Notes: generated by a model not told the origin, from the sequence alone. Positions 1 through 10,520 are shown, numbered from the stretch's first letter. The stretch is DNA of 32,000 nucleotides from Hyphomicrobiales bacterium (GCA_028280515.1 JANQLP010000162.1:58092-90091), one strand, 5' to 3'. Numbers and translations are program-made.

Positions 1-2
1 GA

Positions 3-950
3 GATCTCGGTTTCGATGGGGTGAGCGGCACGAGCGCAGGCGCCGTCAATGCCGTCGCGCTGGCCGCCGGGCTGATGGACGGTGGGACGGACGGCGCACG
101 CGAATGTCTGCACGACATCTGGAGTGCCATCAGCCGCGCCGGCGCGCCGACGTCCCACCCCGGCTCTCCTCTTGCCTATTCCGCAACCGCCAAGCTGTCC
201 GGCGCGCTCATGCAGCGCAGTCTCGAGCGCATCGGCGGCGGATGGTCGCCATACGACGTCAATCCGCTCAACCTCAACCCGCTGCGCGACATATTGCTCG
301 CCAGGATCGACTTCGAAAAACTGCAGCGCGAGTCCCCAATTACCCTGTTCATCGCGGCTACCGAAGTTGCGTCAGGCCGGGGCCGTGTGTTTCGAACACA
401 GGAGATCAGCGCGGATTCGGTCGTGGCATCTGCCTGTTTGCCCAACCTGTTTCCAGCGGTCCGCATCGGCCGCTTCTATTATTGGGACGGCGCCTTCTCG
501 GCAAACCCGGACCTTCTCACGCTGATATCCGAAACCAGGAGCGACGACACGCTGCTTGTTCAGATCAGTCCCGACCGCGATCCGGACCTGCCGTCCAACC
601 GCGAGGAAATCTCCGGAAATATTGGCCGCCTGACCTTCAATCATCCTTTGCGGACGCAGGTCCAACAGATCGAGGTCTGCCGGCGCGTTCCGCGCATCCC
701 GTTGCTGACCGACAATGCGGTCAGCCGCATAGGCCGCCATCGCTTTCATCTGATCGATGGCAGTCCGCATACGCTCAAGCTGTCGCGGGACACGAAACAC
801 AGGCCGGACTGGCACATGATCGAAGGTTTGCGCGACGTCGGGCGCCAGACCACCATCGAATGGTGCGAAACCCATCTGGCCCGCGTCGGCAAACGGCCCA
901 CCGCGGACCTCTACGGAAAGTACTTCTCCGACAGGGTGCCGTTCGACTGA
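3..950 (+). CDS. Patatin-like phospholipase family protein, 5' truncated by window edge
   Basis: Frame is open from base 3 and reads DLGFDGVSGTSAGAVNAVALA (nucleophile elbow GTSAG), later YYWDGAFSANPDL (catalytic D in DG); stop at 948-950. Confidence 0.85.
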   Translation, partial: DLGFDGVSGTSAGAVNAVALAAGLMDGGTDGARECLHDIWSAISRAGAPTSHPGSPLAYSATAKLSGALMQRSLERIGGGWSPYDVNPLNLNPLRDILLARIDFEKLQRESPITLFIAATEVASGRGRVFRTQEISADSVVASACLPNLFPAVRIGRFYYWDGAFSANPDLLTLISETRSDDTLLVQISPDRDPDLPSNREEISGNIGRLTFNHPLRTQVQQIEVCRRVPRIPLLTDNAVSRIGRHRFHLIDGSPHTLKLSRDTKHRPDWHMIEGLRDVGRQTTIEWCETHLARVGKRPTADLYGKYFSDRVPFD

Positions 951-983
951 GCCTTGCAGAAGGCCCAAGGCTGAGCCGGAAAA

Positions 984-1691
984 TCACCACGGGATGTCGG
1001 AACCGTCATAGGCAACGAATGCTCCTTCAGCCGAGGGTTCCGCGCGGTTCATCACGTCAAGCAACATTTGCGCAGAATACTCCGCCTCGAACCGCTCGCG
1101 GTCGGCGGCGAACGGCTCCGAGAGCCGCGTTTTCACCGTTCCCGGATGCAGCGCAAGGCAGATGGCATCTGGGCGCTTGCGGGAAATCTCGATGGCGGCG
1201 GTCCTCAGGAACATGTTGAGGGCCGCCTTGGAAGCGCGATAGCCGTACCATCCACCAAGGCGGTTGTCGGCGATGCTCCCGACGCGCGCCGAAATGGTCG
1301 CGAAGACACTGCGTCCCTTACGCGGCAACAGGTGGTGAAAGTGCTTCAGCAAAAGCAACGGCCCCGTTGCATTGATGGCGAAGGCGCGCGCGATCACCTC
1401 CGGATCGACCTGGCCGATTGATTTTTCCGGGCGCATCGCTGGATCGTGCAGGATGCCGGTGGCGTCGACGATCAGATGCACGTCGCCCCGGGCGGCAAGT
1501 GAGGCGGCGGCGCGTTCGATGGAGGCTTCATCCTCGAGATCCAGCGGCGGACGGGACGACCGGCTCAACCGGACTACGTGACCGCATCGCGGGTCGCGCT
1601 CGAGAAGCGCGACAAATGCACTCCCCAGGCCGCCTGTGCTGCCGACCACAATCGCTGTAAAGCCTTTCGGGAAAGCGGAAAGCTCGTTCAT
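984..1691 (-). CDS. Short-chain dehydrogenase/reductase (SDR) family protein
   Basis: ORF track entry 984..2318 is over-extended; the conserved part starts at MNELSAFPKGFTAIVVGSTGGLGSAF (Rossmann motif) with YxxxK motif YGYRASKAALN. Confidence 0.85.
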   Translation of the reverse strand: MNELSAFPKGFTAIVVGSTGGLGSAFVALLERDPRCGHVVRLSRSSRPPLDLEDEASIERAAASLAARGDVHLIVDATGILHDPAMRPEKSIGQVDPEVIARAFAINATGPLLLLKHFHHLLPRKGRSVFATISARVGSIADNRLGGWYGYRASKAALNMFLRTAAIEISRKRPDAICLALHPGTVKTRLSEPFAADRERFEAEYSAQMLLDVMNRAEPSAEGAFVAYDGSDIPW

Positions 1692-1832
1692 ATTGTTGAA
1701 ATCGCCCTGCAATTCGCTGCAACCGGGTACGGTCCCGGTCTGTCTGCGGATCATCCGACCACCGCCAGCGGGTTGATCCGGCCTGCCATCGATGCCGTAA
1801 CTACGCTGTGCGCAAATGACCAGAGGCTCCAA

Positions 1833-2612
1833 GTGCTCCGCAAGGACATTCTGAAATCCTTCTCCCTCGACCGCTCGACGGCGAGCGAGGAAGAAATCGC
1901 GAGCTTTACGCGGCTTGCGCAGGAATGGTGGCGGCCCGACGGCGCGTTCAAGGTCGTGCACAGGTTCAATGAAGCCCGCCTTGACTATCTGATGGCGCTT
2001 TTGCCGAAGGCATTTCAGCTTCCGGATAACACAAACCGTCCACTTGACGGTCTCCGCATCGTCGACGTCGGGTGTGGCGCGGGCCTCGCGGCCGAGCCCC
2101 TGGCCCTTGCCGGCGCGCGGGTCGTCGGCATCGATCCCGTCGAACGCAACATCGAGATCGCCCGGCATCATCTGGCGGAGTCCGGCGCGCGCGTCGACTA
2201 TCGGCATATGCTGCCTGAAGACCTCGCCCGAACCGGCGAGACGTTCGACGTGGTGCTGTCGCTGGAGGTGGTCGAACACGTGGCGGACGTTCCGCTGTTC
2301 CTCGCCTCCTGCGCGCAACTCGTGGCACCCGGCGGCCTGCTGGTGCTGGCCACATTGAACCGGACGCTCAGATCATTTGTGTTCGCGATCGTCGGCGCGG
2401 AGTATGTGCTCCGTCTCCTGCCGCGCGGGACGCATGACTGGCGCAAGTTCATTTCGCCAATGGAATTGCTCCGGCAACTCGAACCACACGGCCTGCAGGA
2501 ATACGAGCGAACCGGCATGACGTTCAATCCGCTGCGCCGGACGTTCCGGTGCACGCGGGATGTCAGCGTCAACTACGTCCAGGTCTTCCGGCGCCCTTCG
2601 ATGGACGCGTGA
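1833..2612 (+). CDS. ubiG: Ubiquinone biosynthesis O-methyltransferase, 3-demethylubiquinol 3-O-methyltransferase (start codon uncertain; ORF open from 1578)
   Basis: EEIASFTRLAQEWWRPDGAFKVVHRFNEARLDYL, LRIVDVGCGAGLAAEPLALAGARVVGIDPVERNIEIARHH, and the C-terminal GTHDWRKFISPMEL region are typical of UbiG. The GTG at 1833 is one plausible start; the N-terminal extension from 1578 overlaps the divergent SDR gene. Confidence 0.85.
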   Translation: MLRKDILKSFSLDRSTASEEEIASFTRLAQEWWRPDGAFKVVHRFNEARLDYLMALLPKAFQLPDNTNRPLDGLRIVDVGCGAGLAAEPLALAGARVVGIDPVERNIEIARHHLAESGARVDYRHMLPEDLARTGETFDVVLSLEVVEHVADVPLFLASCAQLVAPGGLLVLATLNRTLRSFVFAIVGAEYVLRLLPRGTHDWRKFISPMELLRQLEPHGLQEYERTGMTFNPLRRTFRCTRDVSVNYVQVFRRPSMDA

Positions 2613-2665
2613 GCGTTTCATCAAACATATAGCCTACAGGGCATTCTTGATCTGGCGGATGCCCG

Positions 2666-3283
2666 CTACACCTTGTCGGAGACGCGCGTCGCGTGCGGTT
2701 TCATCTCAAGGCAGATCTTGATCAAATCACGGATCAGCGGTGCATTCGTGGTTATCGGCGTCGAGAACCACCCGGCGAGGTTTCCATTTGGCGCAATGAG
2801 GTACTTGTAGAAGTTCCATCTGGGCACCGCATTCTGGCCGGCAACCACCCGTATTTGCCGGAAAAACGGATGCATGGCCTCTCCCTTGATTGAAACCTTT
2901 GCCGTCACCGGAAACGTCAGTTTGAGTTGTGATCGGTAGGCTTCATAGACGGTTTGATCGTCACAAGGCTCCTGATTGCCGAAATCGTTCGAAGGAACCG
3001 CGAGGACGACCAGCCCTTTACGTTGCAGATCGTCATAAAGGGATTGCAAATCCGCGAACTGGCTCTTGAACCCGCATCTCGACGCGGTGTTCACCACAAG
3101 CACCGTCTTGCCTGTCAGGCTCGACAACGCAAGCGGTTCGCCGGAGATTTGCGCGAAGGAAATATTGTTCACGCGATTGCCGACTGAAGCCGGATCGAGG
3201 ATCGCGTGCTTGGGTGCGAAGAGCAGCGACAAGGCCGAGAGAAGAGAACCCGCCATTCCGTTTTGCTTCTGCAGGTCGGCCAC
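2666..3283 (-). CDS. Glutathione peroxidase family protein (Cys type)
   Basis: VLVVNTASRCGFKSQFADLQSLYDD, VPSNDFGNQEP and PRWNFYKYLI motifs. Confidence 0.85.
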   Translation of the reverse strand: MADLQKQNGMAGSLLSALSLLFAPKHAILDPASVGNRVNNISFAQISGEPLALSSLTGKTVLVVNTASRCGFKSQFADLQSLYDDLQRKGLVVLAVPSNDFGNQEPCDDQTVYEAYRSQLKLTFPVTAKVSIKGEAMHPFFRQIRVVAGQNAVPRWNFYKYLIAPNGNLAGWFSTPITTNAPLIRDLIKICLEMKPHATRVSDKV

Positions 3284-3655
3284 TTTCGCGGCGCGCCCCT
3301 TTCATAGTCCTTTCAACAAACCTCAGCCCGTCGACCCCGACATTTCCGTTCAATTGTGGCGAAACACCTGTCACACCGTCAACCAATCGCACGTTCAGGG
3401 CGGCTCCTCAGATAAATTCGTCGTGTAAGCCGCGTGTGATCCGCATGGTTGATGGCCGCGTAAGCAAAAGGCGTGTGCGGCCCTCCCCCCTCCCGCCGTA
3501 CCGCACTCAGGGGATCGGCCGGCATCTGTGGCGGATGCTCGGCCGGTTTTCCCTTCCGGCCCGCCCGAGTGCACCGTTTCTCGATCATACGCCTCCCTCT
3601 TGCGCAAACCTCGCCCATTCCTTAGGGCTTCAGCCTGACCCGCGGAGTGAGCGAC

Positions 3656-4333
3656 ATGCATATCGGTCTGATTGGCGGCATCGGCCCCGCCGCAACTGAA
3701 TTCTATTACCGCGGCCTCGCCCGCGCCCATGCGTCCGCGGGAGAACGCATGGACCTGACGATTGTCCATGCGGACGTCCGCGACCTCTTGCGCAATGCGG
3801 CGAGCGGTGCGAAGCGGGCGCAAGCCGAGATCTATCTCGGGTTCGCCAAGCGGCTTCAGGCGGCCGGTGCGCAAGCCGTTGCCGTCACGTCCATGGGCGG
3901 GCACTTCTGCATTGAAGAACTGGAAGAGGTTTCGCCTCTGCCGGTCATCAACGCCATACCCGCGCTCGACGGCCATCTGGCACAATCAGGCGTGAGGCGC
4001 GCCGGGCTCATCGGCACGCGCTATGTCATGGAGACAGGCGTCTATGGCGGGGTCTCGGCAGCCGAGTTCGTTCTGCCGCAGGGCGACGACCTGGAGCGCG
4101 TTCACAACACTTACATCGCCATTGCATCGTCAGCGTCCGTAAACCAAGCACAACGCGCCTATCTGTTCGAGGTAGGTGAAGCCCTCTGTCGTGAGCATGG
4201 CGCAGAAACGGTCATTCTCGGCGGTACCGATCTGTTTCTCGCCTTCGAAGGCCAGAACTGCGGGTTCCCGGTCATTGACGTAGCGGAAGTTCATATCGCC
4301 GCGCTCTATCGCGCATCGGTTGGGGCCAGATAA
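3656..4333 (+). CDS. Aspartate/glutamate racemase family protein
   Basis: MHIGLIGGIGPAATEFYYRGL, VTSMGGHFC, AGLIGTRYVMETGVY, VILGGTDL motifs. ORF is open from GTG 3647; ATG 3656 is preferred. Confidence 0.8.
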   Translation: MHIGLIGGIGPAATEFYYRGLARAHASAGERMDLTIVHADVRDLLRNAASGAKRAQAEIYLGFAKRLQAAGAQAVAVTSMGGHFCIEELEEVSPLPVINAIPALDGHLAQSGVRRAGLIGTRYVMETGVYGGVSAAEFVLPQGDDLERVHNTYIAIASSASVNQAQRAYLFEVGEALCREHGAETVILGGTDLFLAFEGQNCGFPVIDVAEVHIAALYRASVGAR

Positions 4334-4343
4334 CCAGCGCCGC

Positions 4344-5024
4344 TCAGGTCTGCTGGTTCGCCAATGCCTCCAGGACCGCGTTGGTGGATGCCCTGACATG
4401 CTCTTTCAGATACCGCCGCGCGGCCTGCATCTGCCCGCCACACATCAGACCCAACAGCTCCCGATGCTCGTCGAGTGACGTCTCGGCGTGCCGGCTGTGC
4501 CTCCACATGAACCCGAGATACCGCACATAGCGTTGGCGCAACTGTTGCACGATGTGAAGTGTGATCGGACGTCCGGCTGGACTGTAGATGGCATTGTGAA
4601 ATGCCTCATCGGCTTCAAGACGCGCAGGCACGTCGTTGGCCTGTATCGTGAGAGCAATGGCCGCTTCGGCACGCCGGCGATCCGTCGGACCGAAATTCCG
4701 AGTGGCCGCCGCCACCAAGTCGGGTTCCAGCTGCAGGCGCAGGCGCGCCGTTTCCGCCGCTTCCGCCTTTTCCAGCAATGGCACGCGCACGCCGCAGTTC
4801 ACCTGATAGGTGACGAGCTCTTCCGACGCGAGCTGACGCAGGGCTTCGCGCACCGGCGCCTGGCTGACGTTGAAGCGCTGGGCGATATGGTCCTGCCTGA
4901 GGGGTTCGCCGGGCGCGAGGACGGCGGAAAGAATGTCCTTGCGCAGTTGTGCCGCGATCTGTTCGGCGATGGACCGGCGCGGCTCCGTGCGCAGGCCGTC
5001 TGTTTCAGTCACACCTGGTGTCAT
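4344..5024 (-). CDS. GntR-family transcriptional regulator (FadR/FCD type)
   Basis: RRSIAEQIAAQLRKDILSAVLAPGEPLRQDHIAQRFNVSQAPVREALRQLASEELV winged HTH plus an FCD-like C-terminal domain. ORF track over-extends to 5717. Confidence 0.88.
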   Translation of the reverse strand: MTPGVTETDGLRTEPRRSIAEQIAAQLRKDILSAVLAPGEPLRQDHIAQRFNVSQAPVREALRQLASEELVTYQVNCGVRVPLLEKAEAAETARLRLQLEPDLVAAATRNFGPTDRRRAEAAIALTIQANDVPARLEADEAFHNAIYSPAGRPITLHIVQQLRQRYVRYLGFMWRHSRHAETSLDEHRELLGLMCGGQMQAARRYLKEHVRASTNAVLEALANQQT

Positions 5025-5054
5025 TGTCCTTGACCGATATCGTTTGAGTTCAAT

Positions 5055-5073
5055 ATTATCGATTATCGATAAT
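5055..5073. promoter_or_regulatory. Perfect 19-bp palindrome ATTATCGAT-T-ATCGATAAT in divergent promoter; candidate operator for the GntR regulator
   Basis: Read directly from sequence; lies between the GntR start (5024) and the HAD gene start (5094). Confidence 0.6.
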
Positions 5074-5093
5074 TTCTCACACACGAGTCTCTG

Positions 5094-5798
5094 ATGCAAG
5101 CGCAGGACTATGACGCCATCACCTTCGATGTTTACGGCACCCTGATCGACTGGGAGCCGTCCATTCTCTCCGCACTGGACGCGTGGACGACGTCCAAAGG
5201 CACACAGGCTGACAAGGCTGCGCTGCTCGATGCGTTTGACCGCGCCCGCGCGCATTATCAGATGCTTGCCCCGGCACGTCCCTATCCGAAGATCCTGCGC
5301 TCGTCTTTCGCCTACATAGCCGATGAGCTCGATCTGGACGTGGATACAGACACACAGGCGCGGTTCGGAAGCTCTGTCGGCAACTGGGACCCCTATCCGG
5401 ACAGCGTCGCCGCACTGGCGGAGTTGCGCAAGCGCTTCGTCCTCGGTGCGCTGACGAACATGGACGATACTTCTTTCGCAAAGAGCCATGCCAAACTCGG
5501 CAACTGCTTCGAGGTTGTTGTCACCGCAGAGCGCGCCGGCGCCTACAAGCCCTCGCTTCGCCATTTCGTACTCGCACTCACCGATCTCGCAAAGCGGGAT
5601 ATCCCGCCCCAGCGCGTCCTCCACGTCGCCCAGAGCCTGCGCGCGGACGTCCGACCGGCCAACCTGCTCGGTCAGGATGTCGTATGGATCAACCGCGCGG
5701 GCCGTGGTTTGGGCCATGCGGGCTTCGGGGCGGAACTCGCCGAACCGATGGCCACATTTGCAACCATGGACGCGTTCGTAGTCTCACTCATGCAGTAG
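5094..5798 (+). CDS. HAD hydrolase, haloacid dehalogenase type II-like
   Basis: ITFDVYGTLIDWE nucleophile motif, LGALTNMDD, KPS, and LHVAQSLRADVRPANLLGQDVVWINR typical of 2-haloacid dehalogenase-like HADs. Confidence 0.82.
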   Translation: MQAQDYDAITFDVYGTLIDWEPSILSALDAWTTSKGTQADKAALLDAFDRARAHYQMLAPARPYPKILRSSFAYIADELDLDVDTDTQARFGSSVGNWDPYPDSVAALAELRKRFVLGALTNMDDTSFAKSHAKLGNCFEVVVTAERAGAYKPSLRHFVLALTDLAKRDIPPQRVLHVAQSLRADVRPANLLGQDVVWINRAGRGLGHAGFGAELAEPMATFATMDAFVVSLMQ

Positions 5799-5820
5799 AA
5801 CGTTTGCCGCCTGCCATATG

Positions 5821-5847
5821 AGGGCCGGGTACCAACACTCCGGCCCT
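5821..5847. terminator. Hairpin AGGGCCGG-(11 nt)-CCGGCCCT, possible terminator between the HAD gene and the ptx operon; no T tract
   Basis: Perfect 8-bp inverted repeat 23 bp after the HAD stop codon. Confidence 0.4.
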
Positions 5848-5898
5848 GTCCTTCGGATTGCGCAATCTCATCTCTGATTGTGGACTGAGTTATCCACA

Positions 5899-5938
5899 TG
5901 TTCATGGAACCGTCACGTTCCCGTCGTCCCCGTTTCAC
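5899..5938 (+). promoter_or_regulatory. Pho-box-like array: four 7-mers with 11-bp period (TGTTCAT, CCGTCAC, CCGTCGT, GTTTCAC) upstream of ptxA
   Basis: Read from sequence at 5899, 5910, 5921 and 5932; compared with the known PhoB half-site pattern CTGTCAT-N4. Confidence 0.45.
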
Positions 5939-6009
5939 ACAGCCTCATTAATTAACAAATCGAATTCGTTGGGATGCTTCATTGCATTCTGTAATCGATT
6001 GAGGCTGCA

Positions 6010-7676
<1,667 letters not shown>

Positions 7677-7710
7677 CGTGACCGTCTGTTTTTGAAAGAC
7701 GCACTACCTG

Positions 7711-7742
7711 GCGATGCCGGTTTGTCAGTCGTCCGGCATCGC
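7711..7742. promoter_or_regulatory. Perfect 10-bp inverted repeat GCGATGCCGG-(12 nt)-CCGGCATCGC between ptxB and ptxC; probable intercistronic mRNA hairpin
   Basis: Read directly from sequence in the 104-bp ptxB-ptxC gap. Confidence 0.6.
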
Positions 7743-7780
7743 CGCACTCGTTCCAGGGCCGATGAGCGGCGAGGCAAACA

Positions 7781-8587
7781 ATGTCAGCAAGCAACGCAGC
7801 ATACGATGAGCTCCTGCGCAAGGAGCGCCAGACCTGGCTGAAGGCGTCTGTTCCGGGCGCCATTGTCATCCTTGCCATTGCGATCAGCGCAGGACTGACG
7901 GGTCTGCTGGATTTGAAAAGGCTCGGCCAGGGGCTGCCCGCCATCGGCGTGCTCGTCGGTGAAATGTTCCCGCCGGACTTTACGTCAGCCCGGGACTGGA
8001 TCAGGCCGATCTTCGACACCCTTGCCATGAGCATTGCCGGCACCGCGCTGGCCATCCTGCTGTCGCTGCCGCTGGGCTTCCTCGCCGCCAAGAACACGAC
8101 CCCGCACATCGCCATCTATCATGCGACCCGCGTCGTTCTGAATTTCCTGCGGTCGATCCCGGAGCTGATCATGGGCATCATTTTCGTCGCCGCCGTCGGG
8201 TTTGGGCCGCTGCCCGGTGTCTTGGCGCTCGGGCTGCACTCTGCGGGCATGGTCGGCAAGTTCTTCGCGGAATCCATCGAGCACGTGGACCCCAAACCGA
8301 TCGAAGCCGCCGTGGCTGCCGGCGCTACGCCGTTTCAGGTCGTCCAATACGCGATCATTCCGCAAGTTCTGCCCCAATTCGCGGACGTCACGATCTATCG
8401 CTGGGAATACAACTTCCGTGCATCGACGATCATGGGAATGGTCGGCGCCGGCGGAATCGGCCTTGAATTGATGTCGTCGCTCCGCCTCATGCAATATACC
8501 GAAGTCTCTGCCATCCTGATCACCATTCTCCTGATGGTGACCTGCGTCGATGCGATCGGCGCTACGATCAGAAAGGGCCTGAAGTAA
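7781..8587 (+). CDS. ptxC: Phosphite/phosphonate ABC transporter permease (PhnE family; PtxC)
   Basis: Multiple hydrophobic segments; FLRSIPELIMGIIFVAAVGFGPLPGVLALGLHSAGMVGKFFAESIEHVDPKPIEAAVAAGATPFQVVQYAIIPQVLPQF EAA-type permease motif; GMVGAGGIGLEL. Confidence 0.88.
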   Translation: MSASNAAYDELLRKERQTWLKASVPGAIVILAIAISAGLTGLLDLKRLGQGLPAIGVLVGEMFPPDFTSARDWIRPIFDTLAMSIAGTALAILLSLPLGFLAAKNTTPHIAIYHATRVVLNFLRSIPELIMGIIFVAAVGFGPLPGVLALGLHSAGMVGKFFAESIEHVDPKPIEAAVAAGATPFQVVQYAIIPQVLPQFADVTIYRWEYNFRASTIMGMVGAGGIGLELMSSLRLMQYTEVSAILITILLMVTCVDAIGATIRKGLK

Positions 8588-8614
8588 CGCAGCGCGGTTC
8601 ACGGGCAAATCCAC

Positions 8615-9637
8615 ATGAAACCCAGAGTCCTCATAACCAATTGGGTCCATCCGGAGGTCGAGCATTTTCTCGCAGAACATTGCGCGGTAACTGCAAATCC
8701 GGACAGGGATGCTCCTTTCACGCGTGAACAAATTCTTGCTGAAGCGAGCGGCCTTGAAGCTCTTATGGCATTCATGCCCGACAGCGTGGACGACAGTCTG
8801 CTCGCAGGCCTGCCCGATTTACGTATCGTTTCTTGCGCCCTGAAAGGGTTTGACAATTTCGACGTCCACGCCTGCAGCCGGCGTGGTGTCTGGTTAACGA
8901 TTGTGCCTGACCTTCTGACCGACCCAACCGCCGAATTGGCAATCGGGCTCATGATATCGGTCGGCCGCAATATCGGCGCCGGCGACAGATTCATGCGAAC
9001 CGGAGGCTATGCGGGCTGGCGCGCACGCTTTTACGGCACCGGACTTGCGGAAAGCACGATCACGCTTGTCGGCATGGGCGCGGTCGGTCGCGCCATCGCC
9101 CGCAGGCTGACCGGGTTCGGTGCGCGCATCCTATATGTCGACCGAACCGCACTCGAGCCGGAGTTGGAAGCCGAACTGGGAGTTGAAAGGTCCTCCCTTG
9201 AAGAAGCGTTGCCGCTCAGCGATTTCGTGGTTCTGGCATTGCCTCTGACCGGTGTCTCAGAAGGTCTGTTTGACGGGGGCATGATCGCTCGTATGAAACC
9301 GGGAAGCTTCCTGATCAATCCGGGGCGCGGATCGCTCGTCATTGAAGAGTGCGTCGCCGATGCACTGGCGAGTGGTCATCTGGCGGGATACGCCGCGGAC
9401 GTATTCGAAATGGAAGACTGGGCGCGGACCGGAAGGCCGCAGCATGTGGCAGACCGGCTGCTCGACGATTCTGACCGAACGTGCCTGACCCCGCATATCG
9501 GGTCGGCGGTCGACACGGTCAGGCGCGACATCGCCATGGAGGCGGCCATTCACATAGTTCAGGCCATCGAGGGTCGCCGACCCGATGGCGCCGTAAACAA
9601 TATCGATCATTTCCAACAGGTGGCCGTTCAACAATAA
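8615..9637 (+). CDS. ptxD: Phosphite dehydrogenase (D-isomer-specific 2-hydroxyacid dehydrogenase family)
   Basis: Long collinear similarity to recalled PtxD signatures: LMAFMPDSVD, LRIVSCALKGFDNFDVHACSRRGVWLTIVPDLLTDPTAELAIGL, GWRARFYGTGL, GMGAVGRAIARRL, INPGRGSLV, GYAADVFEMEDWARTGRP, TPHIGSAVDTVRRDI. Position in the operon agrees. Confidence 0.9.
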   Translation: MKPRVLITNWVHPEVEHFLAEHCAVTANPDRDAPFTREQILAEASGLEALMAFMPDSVDDSLLAGLPDLRIVSCALKGFDNFDVHACSRRGVWLTIVPDLLTDPTAELAIGLMISVGRNIGAGDRFMRTGGYAGWRARFYGTGLAESTITLVGMGAVGRAIARRLTGFGARILYVDRTALEPELEAELGVERSSLEEALPLSDFVVLALPLTGVSEGLFDGGMIARMKPGSFLINPGRGSLVIEECVADALASGHLAGYAADVFEMEDWARTGRPQHVADRLLDDSDRTCLTPHIGSAVDTVRRDIAMEAAIHIVQAIEGRRPDGAVNNIDHFQQVAVQQ

Positions 9638-9653
9638 CCGCTGGTCCTCAATC

Positions 9654-10520
9654 ATGCTCAACCTGGTCCATGTGCGCTCCTTCATTGCCGTAACGGAATG
9701 CGGCAACTACCGCGATGCATCCCGCAGACTTGTCTGTTCCCAGCCCACGGTCTCGCAGCACATCATGAAACTTGAAGCGGCTCTCGACTCGGTACTCGTC
9801 GTGCGCGACCGGCAGCGCTGCTCGCTGACCGCCGAGGGCAAACTCTTTCTGCCTTTTGCGCGCAGCCTGCTGCGCCTCGCCGAGCGCGCTCAAAGCGTAC
9901 TTCGTGATCGTGTGCTGTCAGTTGGTGCGAGCGGCAATATCGGCACCTATCTTCTTCAGCCTTATCTGCGGTCGTTCAAGCAAACACTGGACCGGAACGT
10001 CTCTATTGATGTCTGGATCGGCACGAATCCGGAGGTCGCCGATCGTCTGGCTAATCATGAGATCGATGTCGGCATCATGGAGTGGTGGGATGATCGTCCG
10101 AATTTCACCGCGACTCAATGGCGTCAGGAACCTCTGGTAATCATCTTTCCACCCGAGCATCCCTGGCGAGCGCAGCGATCGGTCGAGATGGACCAGCTGT
10201 TCGCGACGCCGCTGATTGGCGGAGAACCGGGCAGCGGCACCGGGAGCATCATAAGGGATGTCTTTGGACCGGATACGGACAAATTGCGGGTCGAGCTTCA
10301 ACTGGGCAGCACGGAAGCTGTCAAACATGCGGTCAAGGCCGGGCTCGGCGTATCTCTGGTCATGGAAAGCGCCGTTCGGGACGAAGTCCGTGCCGGATCA
10401 TTATGTGCGCTGCCGCTCGACGGCGTCGAGATGAAGAAGAACATCTATATCGTGCAGCGCGCCGGTCAGCCCTCGATGTCGCTCGCGCCCGGATTTGCCG
10501 ATCACCTCGCCCACGCCTAA
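9654..10520 (+). CDS. ptxE: LysR-family transcriptional regulator (PtxE-like)
   Basis: HVRSFIAVTECGNYRDASRRLVCSQPTVSQHIMKLEAAL HTH; LysR substrate-binding domain; directly downstream of ptxD. Confidence 0.82.
   Translation: MLNLVHVRSFIAVTECGNYRDASRRLVCSQPTVSQHIMKLEAALDSVLVVRDRQRCSLTAEGKLFLPFARSLLRLAERAQSVLRDRVLSVGASGNIGTYLLQPYLRSFKQTLDRNVSIDVWIGTNPEVADRLANHEIDVGIMEWWDDRPNFTATQWRQEPLVIIFPPEHPWRAQRSVEMDQLFATPLIGGEPGSGTGSIIRDVFGPDTDKLRVELQLGSTEAVKHAVKAGLGVSLVMESAVRDEVRAGSLCALPLDGVEMKKNIYIVQRAGQPSMSLAPGFADHLAHA

Noticed and set aside
1578-1832. N-terminal extension of the UbiG reading frame
   Set aside because: It has no resemblance to UbiG N-termini and runs antisense over the start of the divergent SDR gene; most likely an open frame caused by high GC.
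3284-3646. Possible gene in the gap between the glutathione peroxidase and the racemase (ORFs 3214..3699 +, 3395..3985 -)
   Set aside because: No family motif, signal peptide or credible ribosome-binding site; left unannotated.
5974-5993. Second Pho-box-like candidate (GCTTCAT...CTGTAAT) just before ptxA
   Set aside because: The half-sites are 12 bp apart instead of 11 and match less well than the array at 5899-5938.
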